From a virus, in IMG/VR virus record IMGVR_UViG_3300021964_000026, positions 38,932 through 102,931 of that record: DNA of 64,000 nucleotides; one strand, 5' to 3'. Below are positions 40,209-48,741 of the stretch, in pieces (positions within the stretch are counted from its first letter, which is position 1; every line of letters begins with the position of its first letter). The notes below the pieces were generated by a model. The model was given only the letters and a program-made list of their open reading frames with translations. It was not told the DNA's origin and searched no databases. Made by a program: the position numbers and the translations under genes.

Positions 40209-42056
40209 CTATTGGAAACCGCTTTCTTTCTGTTTTGAAGTCGGGTCTTTCGCGGCTTGAACGCTGTCAAGAGCCTGTTCAAGCGGTGTCTTTTCACTTC
40301 CGCGTTGATTCTTTTTGGAAGAGGGTGCGCCCGATTGATGGGTTTCGGAACTGATAGGTGCAGGGCCACGGTCGCGCTGACCTGTGCCTTCACCAAGTCC
40401 GATGGCCTTCTCCATCATCATGATTTGACCGCCTCCCTGCGGTGGGGGTCCTCCCCCACCGGGGGGAAGCCCTGCCCCCGGCGGCATCATCGGACCCCCA
40501 CCCTGTGGAGGTATGCCGCCCCCCGGCGGCATGGGTGGAGGCATACCGCCACCCGGTGGCATACCGCCACCCGGTGGCATACCGCCCATCGCGCCACCCT
40601 GTTGTTGCATGGCGGCTTCTTGTGGGTCGGGTTTCTTGTAAACGAAGCGTATGTCGCTCCCAGCATCTTCGGTCAATTCCGGCTGGAAACCAAGTGCTTG
40701 CATACGCTGTGCGATGTTGACTTCCTGTTCGTCGCGTCGCAGTCGTGTGATTTCATCCTCTTCCTCGTTTGGATACAGCGTGAGCGACCAATCGTGAACG
40801 CCCATTTGTTCAAGCAATCGTGGGAACAATTCACGCGAATACAACTTTTGACCCGATTCAACAGCGCGGTTGGTCACAAGGATTTGCATACCCTCGTTAT
40901 TGAGTCCACCCGATTTACCCGCGTCCATCATGAACACATTGGATACACCGTAGAAAGCGGCGATACGCATGCGGATTTCGTCGCGAACCTGCGCGTATTG
41001 CATTTCATCAAGACTATCCATGAAGCGAACAAACTCAACTTTACCACGACCCGATGCTGATTCAACACCAACCTTCGGGATGTAGTGAGGGTCGCGTTCC
41101 ATTTTCTCTTCTGCGCCTTTCCAAAACGAAGCGGTGGATTGAATGTTGTCCGTGGTGATAGCGAGAACGCCACGAGGAATACGACGCTTTTGATACGCGA
41201 GGTAGATGTAGTTGTCCATCGCGGTGAGTGATTGCGCCTGTCGCCACATGCTGGCTACGGGTGAGCGACCGTAGAGTTTTGACGGATTGAACTTTGAGAT
41301 GTGCAACACTTCACCGTCAATGTAGTATTGCGTCTTTCCACTACCGGCGGTGTTGATGTAGTGAACATCTTGGAGAGGCAAACCGCAGTTGTGAACTTCA
41401 CACTTTTTGTGGTCGCCGTTGTGGGGATAGGTCTTATCGCGATGCACAGGACACAGAAGGTATCGTCCTCCGCGCTTACCTGCTTTGTCAGCCACAATGC
41501 GCATGAAAGTGGGGTCGCCACGCACCAACTCTTTGATGCGGAAAAACTCAATTTCACCGTTCTTCGGGTCAATAAAATACTCCTTGATGAGCAAAAGAAA
41601 CGCGTCATCAACGATGTCCAAGTCCCATTCAATCTCTTTCATCACCTCAATGAAGGATTGGTCCATGCTGTTGCGTTGTTTCATCAACCAGCGCGGGTAA
41701 AGGATTTGGTCAGCGTCGGGGGTTTCAAACTCTTCTTGACCGCAAATGCGACATTGACTCACCGTATCGTGTTGATACTCTTCTTCACAGTTCGTGCATT
41801 TCTTGTGAAACTTCTTCTCCCAATAGTAGCCGCGACGAAAAATCTCTTGACATAGCGTGTTAATGGTCGTGCGGAGGATGATGGATTCTTGAACGGTCGC
41901 GTAAAGCGCAGGGATGGACACACCTTGGACGAGAACGGGTTCTTGGATACCCGTCTTCCAAAGCGGCATTTGTGGTTCGGGGGTTGTTCGGCGGCTAAAC
42001 GGCTTCGTCAATGTTGACAAAAAACGACCGACTAAGCCTCTTTCTTCGGCCATCAT
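40209..42056 (-). CDS. Portal protein (615 aa) with two Zn-ribbon insertions and Pro/Gly/Met-rich tail
   Basis: EVLHISKFNPSKLYGRSPV, DEMQYAQVRDEIRMRIAAFYGV are HK97-family portal motifs; position between TerL and protease. Confidence 0.9.
   Translation of the reverse strand: MMAEERGLVGRFLSTLTKPFSRRTTPEPQMPLWKTGIQEPVLVQGVSIPALYATVQESIILRTTINTLCQEIFRRGYYWEKKFHKKCTNCEEEYQHDTVSQCRICGQEEFETPDADQILYPRWLMKQRNSMDQSFIEVMKEIEWDLDIVDDAFLLLIKEYFIDPKNGEIEFFRIKELVRGDPTFMRIVADKAGKRGGRYLLCPVHRDKTYPHNGDHKKCEVHNCGLPLQDVHYINTAGSGKTQYYIDGEVLHISKFNPSKLYGRSPVASMWRQAQSLTAMDNYIYLAYQKRRIPRGVLAITTDNIQSTASFWKGAEEKMERDPHYIPKVGVESASGRGKVEFVRFMDSLDEMQYAQVRDEIRMRIAAFYGVSNVFMMDAGKSGGLNNEGMQILVTNRAVESGQKLYSRELFPRLLEQMGVHDWSLTLYPNEEEDEITRLRRDEQEVNIAQRMQALGFQPELTEDAGSDIRFVYKKPDPQEAAMQQQGGAMGGMPPGGGMPPGGGMPPPMPPGGGIPPQGGGPMMPPGAGLPPGGGGPPPQGGGQIMMMEKAIGLGEGTGQRDRGPAPISSETHQSGAPSSKKNQRGSEKTPLEQALDSVQAAKDPTSKQKESGFQ
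40540..40586. repeat. 18-bp tandem repeat (GGCATACCGCCACCCGGT, ~2.6 copies) encoding GGMPPG
   Basis: Direct inspection; lies within portal low-complexity tail. Confidence 0.85.
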
Positions 42057-43459
42057 ATCATCTCCACAAGTCGGTTAGCGTCGTCAAGGAGACGAAGGGT
42101 TTCACCATCCCGACTGAATAGCGCACGCACTCCCGCCTCATCAATGTTCCACTCCTTAAGCAATTCTTCACGCTTGTCCGGAACATCCTTCCAATTTAAC
42201 CATTTGACGATGCGATAAAGTTCATCGCGACGCGATTTGATAATGTCAGTTTTCCGACCGCGCAAATCAAGCAATTCAAGGACAGCACCCGCTTGTCCCT
42301 TCTTCATACGAAGGTGCGGACGAATACCCTTCATCAATGCGCGAAGGTCGTTTTCGCTGTAAAATTGAAGACGATGTTGTGTGCGTCGGCTGTTCTTGTG
42401 GATTTTCAAATCGGTTTGAAGCACACCACAACCGAGGGCTTTGTGCAATTGTTCGCAATGCAACTTCCCCCGCTCACCTGTCGCGATGAAACCAGCACGA
42501 GGCTCAAGCCGCTTGGTGATGGTGATGTAGCCATCAGCGTCAAGGAAGCCAGCGGCGTAAGCCCACACATCCTTGAAAATCACGGTGTTATCGCGAACGA
42601 TTCCCCACCCTGCACCGACTTTTTCAATGTCGTATTCTACACCATGCATTTTGAACAGCGCGCTTAGTTGCGGTATTGAAAGGTGTTTGGTGTTTTCCAT
42701 GCTCGCAAACACTTCACTCGCAGGTAAAGGTCCGCGCTCTTCAAGCACCGTCGCGGCTTTTGTCAAGTAAATTGCATCGGTCTTTTTGATGTTGTCAACC
42801 GAATGGAGACTGTTTCGCCACTCTTTTTTTGCATTCTTTTTCAGTTGTTGCGCGTCAACCCACATCTGCCGTTGTTCTTCATTGAAGTCGCCTTCAATCA
42901 ACAGCAACTTGCTGATGATGTCGTTCGCTTTTTCCCATTGCACGCAAGCACGACGAAGTGCATATTCACGCGTTTGACCGTGTTTGCGGAGTGCGAGCAA
43001 ATCGCGTTCGCTCACACCCAAATTGCGAACGGTTGATTCGTGCTTCCCAATCCAATCAATGGATTGAAGCGTAGCCTCCACTTCCTGTTTCTTCGCAATG
43101 CGGATGGCGTCAATCGCGTGGTCAATGGCTTCGCGCATTTCTTTATGCTCGCGTCGTGCCATACGGAGGTCTTTGACCAAATCCCCAGCACCACGACCGA
43201 ACATTGATTGAAACCAACCACCGTCGGGGAGAGAACGGTTGAGTTGTTGAGCAACTTCCCGCGCCATCTGTTTCTTTTTTTCTTCTTCCTCTACTTCGTT
43301 AGGGCGCGGAGGTGTAGGGTTTGCGTTGGCTTCACCCTGTCCTTGAGACACAGGCATGGGTGCATCACCAAATGTCGGACCCTCAATGACATTCTTCAAC
43401 AACGGATTGTCGCTGAACATGTCGGGGTCCGACAAATCAATCAATACGCTCGCCCCCAA
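42053..43459 (-). CDS. Protein with C-terminal LAGLIDADG endonuclease-like domain (468 aa)
   Basis: YAAGFLDADGYITI motif followed by typical beta/alpha pattern (IRPHLRMKKGQA); helical N-terminal 290 aa. Confidence 0.85.
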   Translation of the reverse strand: MGASVLIDLSDPDMFSDNPLLKNVIEGPTFGDAPMPVSQGQGEANANPTPPRPNEVEEEEKKKQMAREVAQQLNRSLPDGGWFQSMFGRGAGDLVKDLRMARREHKEMREAIDHAIDAIRIAKKQEVEATLQSIDWIGKHESTVRNLGVSERDLLALRKHGQTREYALRRACVQWEKANDIISKLLLIEGDFNEEQRQMWVDAQQLKKNAKKEWRNSLHSVDNIKKTDAIYLTKAATVLEERGPLPASEVFASMENTKHLSIPQLSALFKMHGVEYDIEKVGAGWGIVRDNTVIFKDVWAYAAGFLDADGYITITKRLEPRAGFIATGERGKLHCEQLHKALGCGVLQTDLKIHKNSRRTQHRLQFYSENDLRALMKGIRPHLRMKKGQAGAVLELLDLRGRKTDIIKSRRDELYRIVKWLNWKDVPDKREELLKEWNIDEAGVRALFSRDGETLRLLDDANRLVEMI

Positions 43460-43608
43460 TACAATGCAAAATCAATTTTGCATGTTAGGCATTTGTCCGA
43501 TTGCAAAGTCGCTTTTTTGCATTTGCGACATACCGTCGCGTAACGAATGCGCTTCGGCAACTTTCTCCGCACTTTGTGCTTGAACACATCGTAGTGTTTG
43601 CTCGGCAT
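43441..43608 (-). CDS. Small basic Zn-ribbon protein (55 aa; absent from ORF track)
   Basis: MPSKHYDVFKHKVRRKLPKRIRYATVCRKCKKATLQSDKCLTCKIDFALYWGRAY*; TGATG coupling to upstream gene. Confidence 0.65.
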   Translation of the reverse strand: MPSKHYDVFKHKVRRKLPKRIRYATVCRKCKKATLQSDKCLTCKIDFALYWGRAY

Positions 43609-44486
43609 CACCACTTCACCTTATCCGCCCAATACGCGGCACTCATCGGACCGCGTGCTATGTTCTTTCGGTGTCGCGACTTGAATGACTTGCGTTTTGC
43701 TTTCATCCGCGCGGATTCACCAGCCTTCGGTTTACCTGCAACGCTTGCGCCCTGCTCACCGAAGCGAATTGTTTTGACTTTGCCGCCCGAACGAGCGACA
43801 ACAATGTGCGACTTCTTGGGATGGTCGGGTGTCTTCTTCGGCTTGTTGTAGCCTTCCACACCCGCACGCTCAAGGCGCGTGTCTTTCTTGAGAAGCCGCC
43901 AAGAAAGGTTCATTGGATTGCCTGTGCGAATGTCGGGGTGTCGCATGTTGCGAAACGAATTAGGCATGTTTTGTGCTTCATCAATTTCTTGCGTGATTAT
44001 TTGAGGACGAGGCGCGTCAATCTCAATGTAAGGGTCTTCCTTCGGTTTGTTAGGGTCGGGTCGTAATGCCCCTCCTGTCAGCATATCAAAGAATGCATTG
44101 CCTGTCTTTTCATTCGGGTCAACGCGCGTCGTCGTGGTTTTAGTAGGAGTCACTTGTCCGACTTCAACTCCAATAAGACCGCGGTGAGGCTCTCCTTGAG
44201 GTAAATTGCTTCCTTGCATCGCGCTTGCCGTGTTCGCAATGCAGTCGTCCGTGGTGCATCCGATGCCACCATGCCCCATGTGGACTTTGTTGCCTCCGCA
44301 TTCATACGGACAATCGCCGCCTATGTCCATGCTGGCTGGATTGTATTGAGTGATGGAGTTTCCTTGTTGGTCATACGCGTAAGGAACAGAATGAACAGGG
44401 TGGTTAGGGTCCTTTACCCTCTCCCATTGTTCCATGTAGTCTTCCTGTTTGAGAAGAAGCCACCAATCGTCGCTCAACAATTCCAC
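43608..44486 (-). CDS. Two-module protein: Cys-containing domain plus basic marine-virus domain, each preceded by a W-x-LLK tag
   Basis: C-terminal GYNKPKKTPDHPKKSH...TIRFGEQG...RKSFKSRH...SAAYWADKVKW is a recurrent basic viral domain; tags DDWWLLLK and NPMNLSWRLLK. Confidence 0.7.
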   Translation of the reverse strand: MELLSDDWWLLLKQEDYMEQWERVKDPNHPVHSVPYAYDQQGNSITQYNPASMDIGGDCPYECGGNKVHMGHGGIGCTTDDCIANTASAMQGSNLPQGEPHRGLIGVEVGQVTPTKTTTTRVDPNEKTGNAFFDMLTGGALRPDPNKPKEDPYIEIDAPRPQIITQEIDEAQNMPNSFRNMRHPDIRTGNPMNLSWRLLKKDTRLERAGVEGYNKPKKTPDHPKKSHIVVARSGGKVKTIRFGEQGASVAGKPKAGESARMKAKRKSFKSRHRKNIARGPMSAAYWADKVKW

Positions 44487-44887
44487 CTCTTCAATGCCGC
44501 TCCCTTCGGGGTCAACTTACCCTTCTTGGAGGTTGGACCTTTGACGCCACTCATCCGCGCGCAAAAAGACTTCCTACGACCAGCGGCTTTGCCACCAGCC
44601 TTGAGTTTGCTTGGTTTCTTTGTGACAGGTCGCTTGAGGTTCGCGCCTGTTTTGCGCTTGGCGGCGGCACGACCTTTTGCATTCAAACCGCCTGTGCGCG
44701 CATGTTTGTTCTTGTTATAGCCGTGAAACGGTTTGCTTTTACTTTTGGCTTTGAGAATCGCCATGCTGATTTCAAACGGAGTGCAACATGTGCAAAAAGA
44801 GACTTCTTTCGCGATGTCATCATCATACATCGCAATCAACTCTTCCGCGGTGATTGGCTTGTGATAAATCAATTCAAACTCACTCAT
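44474..44887 (-). CDS. Highly basic viral protein (DUF6321-like)
   Basis: GGLNAKGRAA...GANLKRPV...RRKSFCARM...ALKRWNC, recalled from marine phage families; family name unverified. Confidence 0.65.
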   Translation of the reverse strand: MSEFELIYHKPITAEELIAMYDDDIAKEVSFCTCCTPFEISMAILKAKSKSKPFHGYNKNKHARTGGLNAKGRAAAKRKTGANLKRPVTKKPSKLKAGGKAAGRRKSFCARMSGVKGPTSKKGKLTPKGAALKRWNC

Positions 44888-44891
44888 TTTG

Positions 44892-45359
44892 TCAACCCCT
44901 CGTCAAATGATGATACCCGCATATACATGGGTATGTGTTGATTCTATAACCCACTTGCTTTGATTGATACGCTCTATCGGGTTCCGCGTGCGCGGGAGAT
45001 TGGTATTGATTCTTCTTCGGAGTAGGGCATTTTTCACCTGTTGGTGTGTCGTAGCCACCGCCCTTCATGAAAAGCCACGCATCATCCATCGCTTTAACGA
45101 TGGTGGGCTTTCCGCCTACACCCTGCTTTTTACTACGCTTGCGTTTTGTTGCCGCGCGCTTTTGACCCGTTGACATAGAGCCGCTGGTCTTGGGAGTTTT
45201 GCTTGATACCTTAACGGATGGGCGACACTTGGGGTAGCCCTTTGAGGAAGTCTTGGCTTTGCTTCGGCCACAGGGAGGATGCTTACCGTCCTTACCTGTG
45301 CGCGAAACATCCACCCACTTCTCCTTGAACCAACGGTTCAAGTTCTTTTCAACCGTCAT
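44892..45359 (-). CDS. Basic protein (DUF5872-like C-terminal half) fused via tag to a C...YxCxxCxxHLT domain
   Basis: LNRWFKEKWVDV...CGR...YPKCRP; then MDDAWLFMK and CPTPKKNQY...YPCICGYHHLT; ATGA coupling. Confidence 0.65.
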   Translation of the reverse strand: MTVEKNLNRWFKEKWVDVSRTGKDGKHPPCGRSKAKTSSKGYPKCRPSVKVSSKTPKTSGSMSTGQKRAATKRKRSKKQGVGGKPTIVKAMDDAWLFMKGGGYDTPTGEKCPTPKKNQYQSPAHAEPDRAYQSKQVGYRINTYPCICGYHHLTRG

Positions 45360-45559
45360 TTTCCAGCCCACGCATCACAAGTATAGTCTTCGTGGCAGTT
45401 AAAATCATACCACTTACAGTAGCCCGTCTTTGGGTCTTCTGTTGCTGAATCGTCCCACGCTTTGCAGTTGCCGCAACACTTCTTGTTTTCACAAGGGCGA
45501 TAATTCGGCGCGTCTTTCTTGGCTTTCATCAAAGCCCACGCTTCTTCAAGAGGAATCAT
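45356..45559 (-). CDS. HiPIP-like Cys-rich small protein (67 aa)
   Basis: NYR...CGNCKAW...GYCKWY...TCDAW follows HiPIP Cys spacing; leader MIPLEEAWALMK. Confidence 0.6.
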   Translation of the reverse strand: MIPLEEAWALMKAKKDAPNYRPCENKKCCGNCKAWDDSATEDPKTGYCKWYDFNCHEDYTCDAWAGK

Positions 45560-45747
45560 TTCTTCTTCCCCCCTTTCTTCCCGCGGAACTTTCCACGACA
45601 GTATTGAACAGCCCAACCGTTTGCATACGCGCTTGGATACACCTTGAACTTCCGCTTGGCCGCGGCCTTACCCGCTGGACACAACTTCTTCTCAAGGTAG
45701 CCAAACGCGGCATCAGTTCCAATGCACAAATCGCAATCGCAACTCAT
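45556..45747 (-). CDS. Small basic protein (DUF5872-like N-terminal half)
   Basis: AKRKFKVYPSAYANGWAVQYCRG motif; family name recalled, unverified. Confidence 0.65.
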   Translation of the reverse strand: MSCDCDLCIGTDAAFGYLEKKLCPAGKAAAKRKFKVYPSAYANGWAVQYCRGKFRGKKGGKKK

Positions 45748-45777
45748 TTCAAAAACCCCATTCATTAAAAGGATAAA

Positions 45778-47181
45778 TCAATCCAACAACCCCGCCATAA
45801 TTTCATCCAAGTCCACGATGCGCTCACGGAACTCCGTAGTGGCCCAATGAGCCAGCGCGAGAGCGATGGCGAAGTCGTCGTGCCGACCGATGCTGTCAAG
45901 CCGCCCCTTCTTGCTCATACCGAACATGAGCAGTTCGCGCTCAAGTTCGGACATCAGCGTTCGGGAGCGGTCGTCGCCCCACGGCAGACGGATTTGCTCT
46001 TTCTCAAAGCGCAACACCAAACCCATGAGAAGCGACTCACGGCGTTGGCGTGTAGAAATGAAGGTCTTGATAGGAAGGTCGGTGTCCGCGCGCAATTCAG
46101 TTGCGAAGACGCGCTGGAAGTTGTTCGCCTCAAGTTCAATGACATCGGGATTGAACTTCGCATTCAATCGTTGAATCTCGGTGATTTGTGTGCGGAAATC
46201 CATGTTCTTCCTACGAATCGCGTGAACCAACTCAAGCAATTCGGGGTTGGTGGATGGACGACGAAGCACGACCATCACGGTGTAGTCAGCCGAGCGGTCG
46301 GATGAAATAGCGGGGTCCCAACCGATGAAGTATTGGTCGTCGGGGTCGCCGACTTCGCGCTCAATCAACTTGAGTGTTGTGTCTTTCGCGGCTTGGAGAA
46401 TGGTTGATGGGAAAAGACTGCTCACATCATCCATCGGTTCGCACAGGTATTCACGAGCGAACGCGATGGCTGGCATATCGTTGCGTCGTGCATCAAGTGA
46501 TTCCAAGTCCCAACGCTCCGGCCAAAGAGCCTCACCTTTGGTGTTGATAGCGGGGTAGGTTTCAACGAGATAACCTTCGCGCGATTCAAGTTCGGTGTAA
46601 AGGTCAGTTGGTGTAAACGGTGTGCCGACAATCATCAGTTTGGAGGTGTGGTGAAGCGTTGGCACGAGGACTTCGTAGAACCATGATGCGACGCGAGCGA
46701 GTTCAGTATCCGTTGTCCCCCACAGAATGTCATCGCAAAGGATGAGGTCGGGGTGAATACCACGGATAGCACCACCAACCGACTTCGCGCTGATGTTTGA
46801 ACCGTTGCTGAAACCGAAGAAGGTCTTTGACCACGAATCGGATTTTTTCATTTTCGCGAGAAAAGGAACGCTGTCAATCAAATCGTTGAGTGTGCGCATG
46901 TGGTGGATGGACTGATGCAGACTGTGCGAAATCAACACGGCTTTTGTCTTCGGGTTGAATGCCGTTTTCCACAGCATGTAGCCGAGGAACAGCGTTGACT
47001 TACCGTGGTCACGCGCGGCTTTAACACAATACCGCTTACGCGATTCAAGGTTGTTGAACCATTGCTCATGATGCCATGAAAGTTGAAACCCAAGAATCTC
47101 TTCAAAGAAAAACTTGAAGTCGCGCTTCGCTACCTCAAAGTCAATTTCTTCAATTGCTTCAAGGGAGAGGGGCGACTGCAC
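45778..47181 (-). CDS. terL: Terminase large subunit
   Basis: Walker A AARDHGKST, Walker B LILCDD, coupling motif VGTP, RNase H-like nuclease IGWDPA...HDDFAIAL. Confidence 0.95.
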   Translation of the reverse strand: MQSPLSLEAIEEIDFEVAKRDFKFFFEEILGFQLSWHHEQWFNNLESRKRYCVKAARDHGKSTLFLGYMLWKTAFNPKTKAVLISHSLHQSIHHMRTLNDLIDSVPFLAKMKKSDSWSKTFFGFSNGSNISAKSVGGAIRGIHPDLILCDDILWGTTDTELARVASWFYEVLVPTLHHTSKLMIVGTPFTPTDLYTELESREGYLVETYPAINTKGEALWPERWDLESLDARRNDMPAIAFAREYLCEPMDDVSSLFPSTILQAAKDTTLKLIEREVGDPDDQYFIGWDPAISSDRSADYTVMVVLRRPSTNPELLELVHAIRRKNMDFRTQITEIQRLNAKFNPDVIELEANNFQRVFATELRADTDLPIKTFISTRQRRESLLMGLVLRFEKEQIRLPWGDDRSRTLMSELERELLMFGMSKKGRLDSIGRHDDFAIALALAHWATTEFRERIVDLDEIMAGLLD

Positions 47182-47187
47182 ACAGCA

Positions 47188-48741
47188 TCACCCACGAATG
47201 TTCAACCCTTTCAGTAGCGAGTCCCACGAGGCTTGGTGTTTGTCTTCGGATGCATTGATACTAAACGCGTCGTCTCCGTCAACGCTAATGTCGCCGACAT
47301 CAAGTTTTTCCGCTTTTTCTTCCGCGACTTTTTTCGCTTTTTCTTCATCACCCGCGGCAACAGCCTGTTGGAATCGCGAGTCGTTTTTGAGTGATTGCAA
47401 GAAGAAGCGTCCCTGTGGTGATTTAGGATTCAATTGAAACGCGTCAAGCATTTCTTGTGTGATTTTCATTTCGGCATTTTCGGGGTCAAAACCTGCGTCA
47501 AACATACGCTGTGGCAATTCTGCTTGACTACCCTTTGGTCCGATGGTTTTCTCACCGTAATACTGACGGGCTTTTCGCCCTTCTTTGGATGTCAAATAAT
47601 TGCGAATACCGCGCATCCGTGGGTCTTCGGATTCGGTCGCCGTAGCGGTTTCAGCCGGTGCTGGGGTTGGTGGCCCCGCTTGAGTCGCAGGTGGCGCGGA
47701 TGCTTCGGGTTCTTCGGGTTCTTCGGGCATGGTGATGTTGCCAACATCAAGCGTTTCGGGTTCTACCGGAGCATCAGCACGCTCGCGTTCGGCGGCGGCT
47801 TCGGACGGTGCTTCGGGCATCGGTTGTTCGGTTTGTTCAACCACTTGGTCGGGTCGGAATGCGTCGCCTCGTTTTTGAGCGCGCCTTCGTTCTGCCATCT
47901 GTCGCGCTCGGTCAAACATACCCGGTCGTGCTTGTGTTGCACCTTCACCGATTCGTTTGATTTCAGCACGCATGGCGTCCTCGGCAGTCATGGTTGGGTT
48001 GCCGTCGGCGTCTTTTGGGATTTCAACATTGAAATCGCGAGCGAGGTTGCGGTTTTGCTGACCTGCGAACTGTTGCATGTTTTCCGAAAATCCTTGACTC
48101 CCCTCAACATAGCGGTCACGCGCTTGTTGTCGCTCACCCTCGGCGGTGCTAAGTCCGCCTTCAAGTCGGCGTCGTCGTGCCTCGGATTCGCGAGCGTCAG
48201 CACTTGCGCGTCGGTGTTGCACGAATGCACGAGGGAGTTCACGCATGGTCTGTCCCATACGGCGCGCCATACCGGGTTCACCCGTCTGTCCACCGCCACC
48301 GAACATATCACTCATTTTTTGCCCTATCGCACTTCCGTAAAGTCCAGCGTGCCGATAGTCTCGCGCGCTGGCACGATTCCCGGCCATTTCAGCATCACTT
48401 ACGCGTTGACCTGCTTGACCAACTCGTTGTGCGCGAACCGCTTGTTTGGCGGCTCTTGGATTTGGGGCAACCGATGTGCCACCTGCTTGAACCGCCGGTT
48501 GAAATGTGGGAGTAGGCATACCGTAGGTCCCAACTTCCTTCCGAATAATATCGGGGTGAGAGTTGTCGCGCTTTGCAACGGCTTTGATAACGGGTTCCCA
48601 ACTGTCTTCTTGAACGCCGTAAAGAACATAATTGATGTCGCTAAGGTTGCCGCCTTTTGCGATGAGGAACTCAACAGTCCCCATGTCTTGTCCATGCCGA
48701 AGCATGCTGTCGTTCCATTCAATTTCCCAATTTTCAACCAT
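47188..48741 (-). CDS. Hypothetical protein (517 aa), possible internal virion protein
   Basis: Long coupled ORF, A/R/Q/E-rich and largely disordered; two LDVG[DN]I motifs. Confidence 0.75.
   Translation of the reverse strand: MVENWEIEWNDSMLRHGQDMGTVEFLIAKGGNLSDINYVLYGVQEDSWEPVIKAVAKRDNSHPDIIRKEVGTYGMPTPTFQPAVQAGGTSVAPNPRAAKQAVRAQRVGQAGQRVSDAEMAGNRASARDYRHAGLYGSAIGQKMSDMFGGGGQTGEPGMARRMGQTMRELPRAFVQHRRASADARESEARRRRLEGGLSTAEGERQQARDRYVEGSQGFSENMQQFAGQQNRNLARDFNVEIPKDADGNPTMTAEDAMRAEIKRIGEGATQARPGMFDRARQMAERRRAQKRGDAFRPDQVVEQTEQPMPEAPSEAAAERERADAPVEPETLDVGNITMPEEPEEPEASAPPATQAGPPTPAPAETATATESEDPRMRGIRNYLTSKEGRKARQYYGEKTIGPKGSQAELPQRMFDAGFDPENAEMKITQEMLDAFQLNPKSPQGRFFLQSLKNDSRFQQAVAAGDEEKAKKVAEEKAEKLDVGDISVDGDDAFSINASEDKHQASWDSLLKGLNIRG

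Noticed and set aside
42053-43459. Intein or group I intron around the LAGLIDADG domain
   Set aside because: No N-terminal Cys/Ser block or His-Asn/Cys junction; flanking terL and portal look intact.
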